Shown here: piece after piece, positions 62,311-64,000 of the stretch
Numbering within the stretch: the first letter of the stretch is position 1
Layout of the letters: every line of letters starts with the position of its first letter
Source of the DNA: Octopus sinensis
Lineage: Eukaryota
Reading direction: 5' to 3'
Length of the DNA stretch: 64,000 bases
NCBI RefSeq assembly: GCF_006345805.1
Contig: NC_043005.1
Span: forward strand, 40,982,001-41,046,000
Notes under the pieces: generated by a model
What the model was told of the DNA's origin: nothing
Seen by the model: the letters and a program-made list of their open reading frames with translations, nothing else
The model's database searches: none
Made by a program: the position numbers and the translations under genes

Positions 62311-63551
62311 TTGGACAAAATAATAGAAACAGCTAGCATCACAGCATCATAATTTTGAAATATCTTTAAAATCCATCAAAGGCTTGTTTATTTTTTAGGT
62401 GTTTTGATTTATTATTAGTGTTGCTTAATATGTTTTGCTAAAATTGCTGTTTATTTTCAGATATCACTGGAAAAAGGTAATTAAGATTCATTAAAGTGAC
62501 AGATCTATCAGACTTTCAAAGATGTCAAATTGTTGGTGCCCATATGGGAAGCACTAGCGTAATGAAAACAGTCGACATCTTTGGTGTATCAAGAAGTACT
62601 ATCTTGGAAGAAATGACAGCCTTTGAGAAAGAAGGAAAAACCTCCTCATTGAAACAAAACTCCAGAAAAAACCCAAAACTTTCGGATAGGGACTGTCAGA
62701 CTCTTACGCAAATTGTTTGAAAGGATCACAAAAGTACAGCTCCCAAAATTACTTCAGGGCTTAATGACCACTTTGAGAATCCAGTTTCCACAAAAACTGC
62801 TTGCCAGGAGCTGCACAAAGCTGGATTTCAGAGGAGGGCTGCAATCAGAAAACCTCTATGTTCAAAAACAAACGTTGGTCCCTAGCACAGTGAAAGAATG
62901 TTATTTTCTTGGACAAGTCATCCTTTCCTTATTTCTGACCACTGGCCAAGTATACATGTGGAGACAGCCAAAAGAAGCATTTGACCCAGACTGTCTTCTT
63001 CCAACTGTTAAACATGGAGGAGGATCTGTGATGATCTGGGGTGGGGGTGGGTTCTATATCTTGGAAATTCACTGGCCCAATGGTTTCCTTTCATGGCAGA
63101 ATTAATAGTCAAGACTATTTAAGCATTTTATCCGATCAAATTCATCCTATAGTTGTGGAACTGTTTCCAGAGGGTAACACAGTCTTTCAGGATGATAATG
63201 CACCAATTCACACAGCTAACTTTATTACTGAATGGCCCAAGGAACATTCTAGTGGAATTGAACATCTTATCTGGCAATCACAGTCACCAGATCTCAATAT
63301 TATTGAACATTTATGGTGCATTTTCGAAAAACAAGTAAGGAGTCAATATTCTTCTCCATCATCACTACAAGAACTAGAGACTGTTTTAGCTGAAGAATGG
63401 ACAAAAATTCCTTTGGAAACAATTCAAACTTTGTATGAGTTCATACCTCGTAGAATTCAAGCTGTAATTATTGCCAAAGGCAGTCCTACCCCATATTAAA
63501 ATTAATTTGTTTGAAATTTTAAGGTGTTTCCATTATTCTCTCCAACCCCTG
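62309..63551 (+). mobile_element. Second Tc1-like DD36E transposon copy, defective
   Basis: Homologous to 38438-39693. Left TIR clipped, right TIR ...tccaacccctg. FQDDNAPIH...SPDLNIIEHLW has 36 residues between D and E. Confidence 0.92.
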
Positions 63552-63767
63552 TTTATATATATGGTAACTAAGAGCCTCTCCTTAAAAGTGAGATGCAGCC
63601 ATTTGGTCATGTGATGTGTATCGATGAGGACAGCTGCATAAATAAGTGCTGAGCTCTAATTGTGGTGGGTGTCTGTGGAAGGGGTAGACCCAAGAAGATA
63701 TGGGACGAAGTGGTGAGAAAGAATCTTCAGATGCTGGCTCTCACTGAGGAAATGATGATGATGATCA

Positions 63768-63800
<33 letters not shown>

Positions 63801-63889
63801 CACACACACATGTGCATAATTATACATACATATAAACAAACATACAAACATGTGTGTGTATGTATGTATATATATATATATATATATAT

Positions 63890-64000
63890 GTGGCACATAA
63901 AAAACACCATCCGAGCGTGGCCGTCTGCCAGCCATGTCTGGCACCTGTGTTGGTGGCACATAAAAAACACCATCCGAGCGTGGCCGTTCGCCAGCCTCGT
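63890..64000 (+). repeat. 63-bp minisatellite running off the window edge
   Basis: gtggcacataaaaaacaccatccgagcgtggccgt at 63890 and 63953. Confidence 0.85.

Noticed and set aside
2081-63973. Dozens of ORFs of type [24 protein letters not shown], poly-I/M/H/V
   Set aside because: They are translations of (TG), (TA), (TATG), (TCTA), (CCAA) and trinucleotide microsatellites that happen to lack stops.

Overview
This is AT-rich, repeat-saturated eukaryotic DNA. The SINE families and microsatellite spectrum look like octopus (coleoid cephalopod); that is my recognition, not a database result. I can identify no host protein-coding gene with confidence. The best candidate is a possible short 3' terminal exon at 9270-9343, and nearly all ORFs in the supplied track are microsatellite artefacts. 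Transposon-derived content: several tRNA-headed SINE families; (GAT)n-tailed RTE-related elements; decayed RTE LINE fragments (endonuclease, RT and C-terminal zinc-finger parts); a 5'-truncated R4/Dong-type RLE LINE embedded in (CATA)n; two ~1.25-kb Tc1-type transposons with DD36E spacing; mariner relics; hAT-, piggyBac- and Tc1/mariner-type MITEs; two non-autonomous Helitrons, one with a 216-bp GC-rich insert; a Penelope GIY-YIG relic; and several fold-back inverted repeats. The most unusual items are the Helitron insert, the (CATA)n-flanked R4-type LINE, the A4T4CG array at 24.3 kb, the DD36E elements and the ~98% identical 264-bp inverted repeat at 54.9-55.5 kb. I see no prokaryotic system, no CRISPR array and no clear novel multi-gene system.
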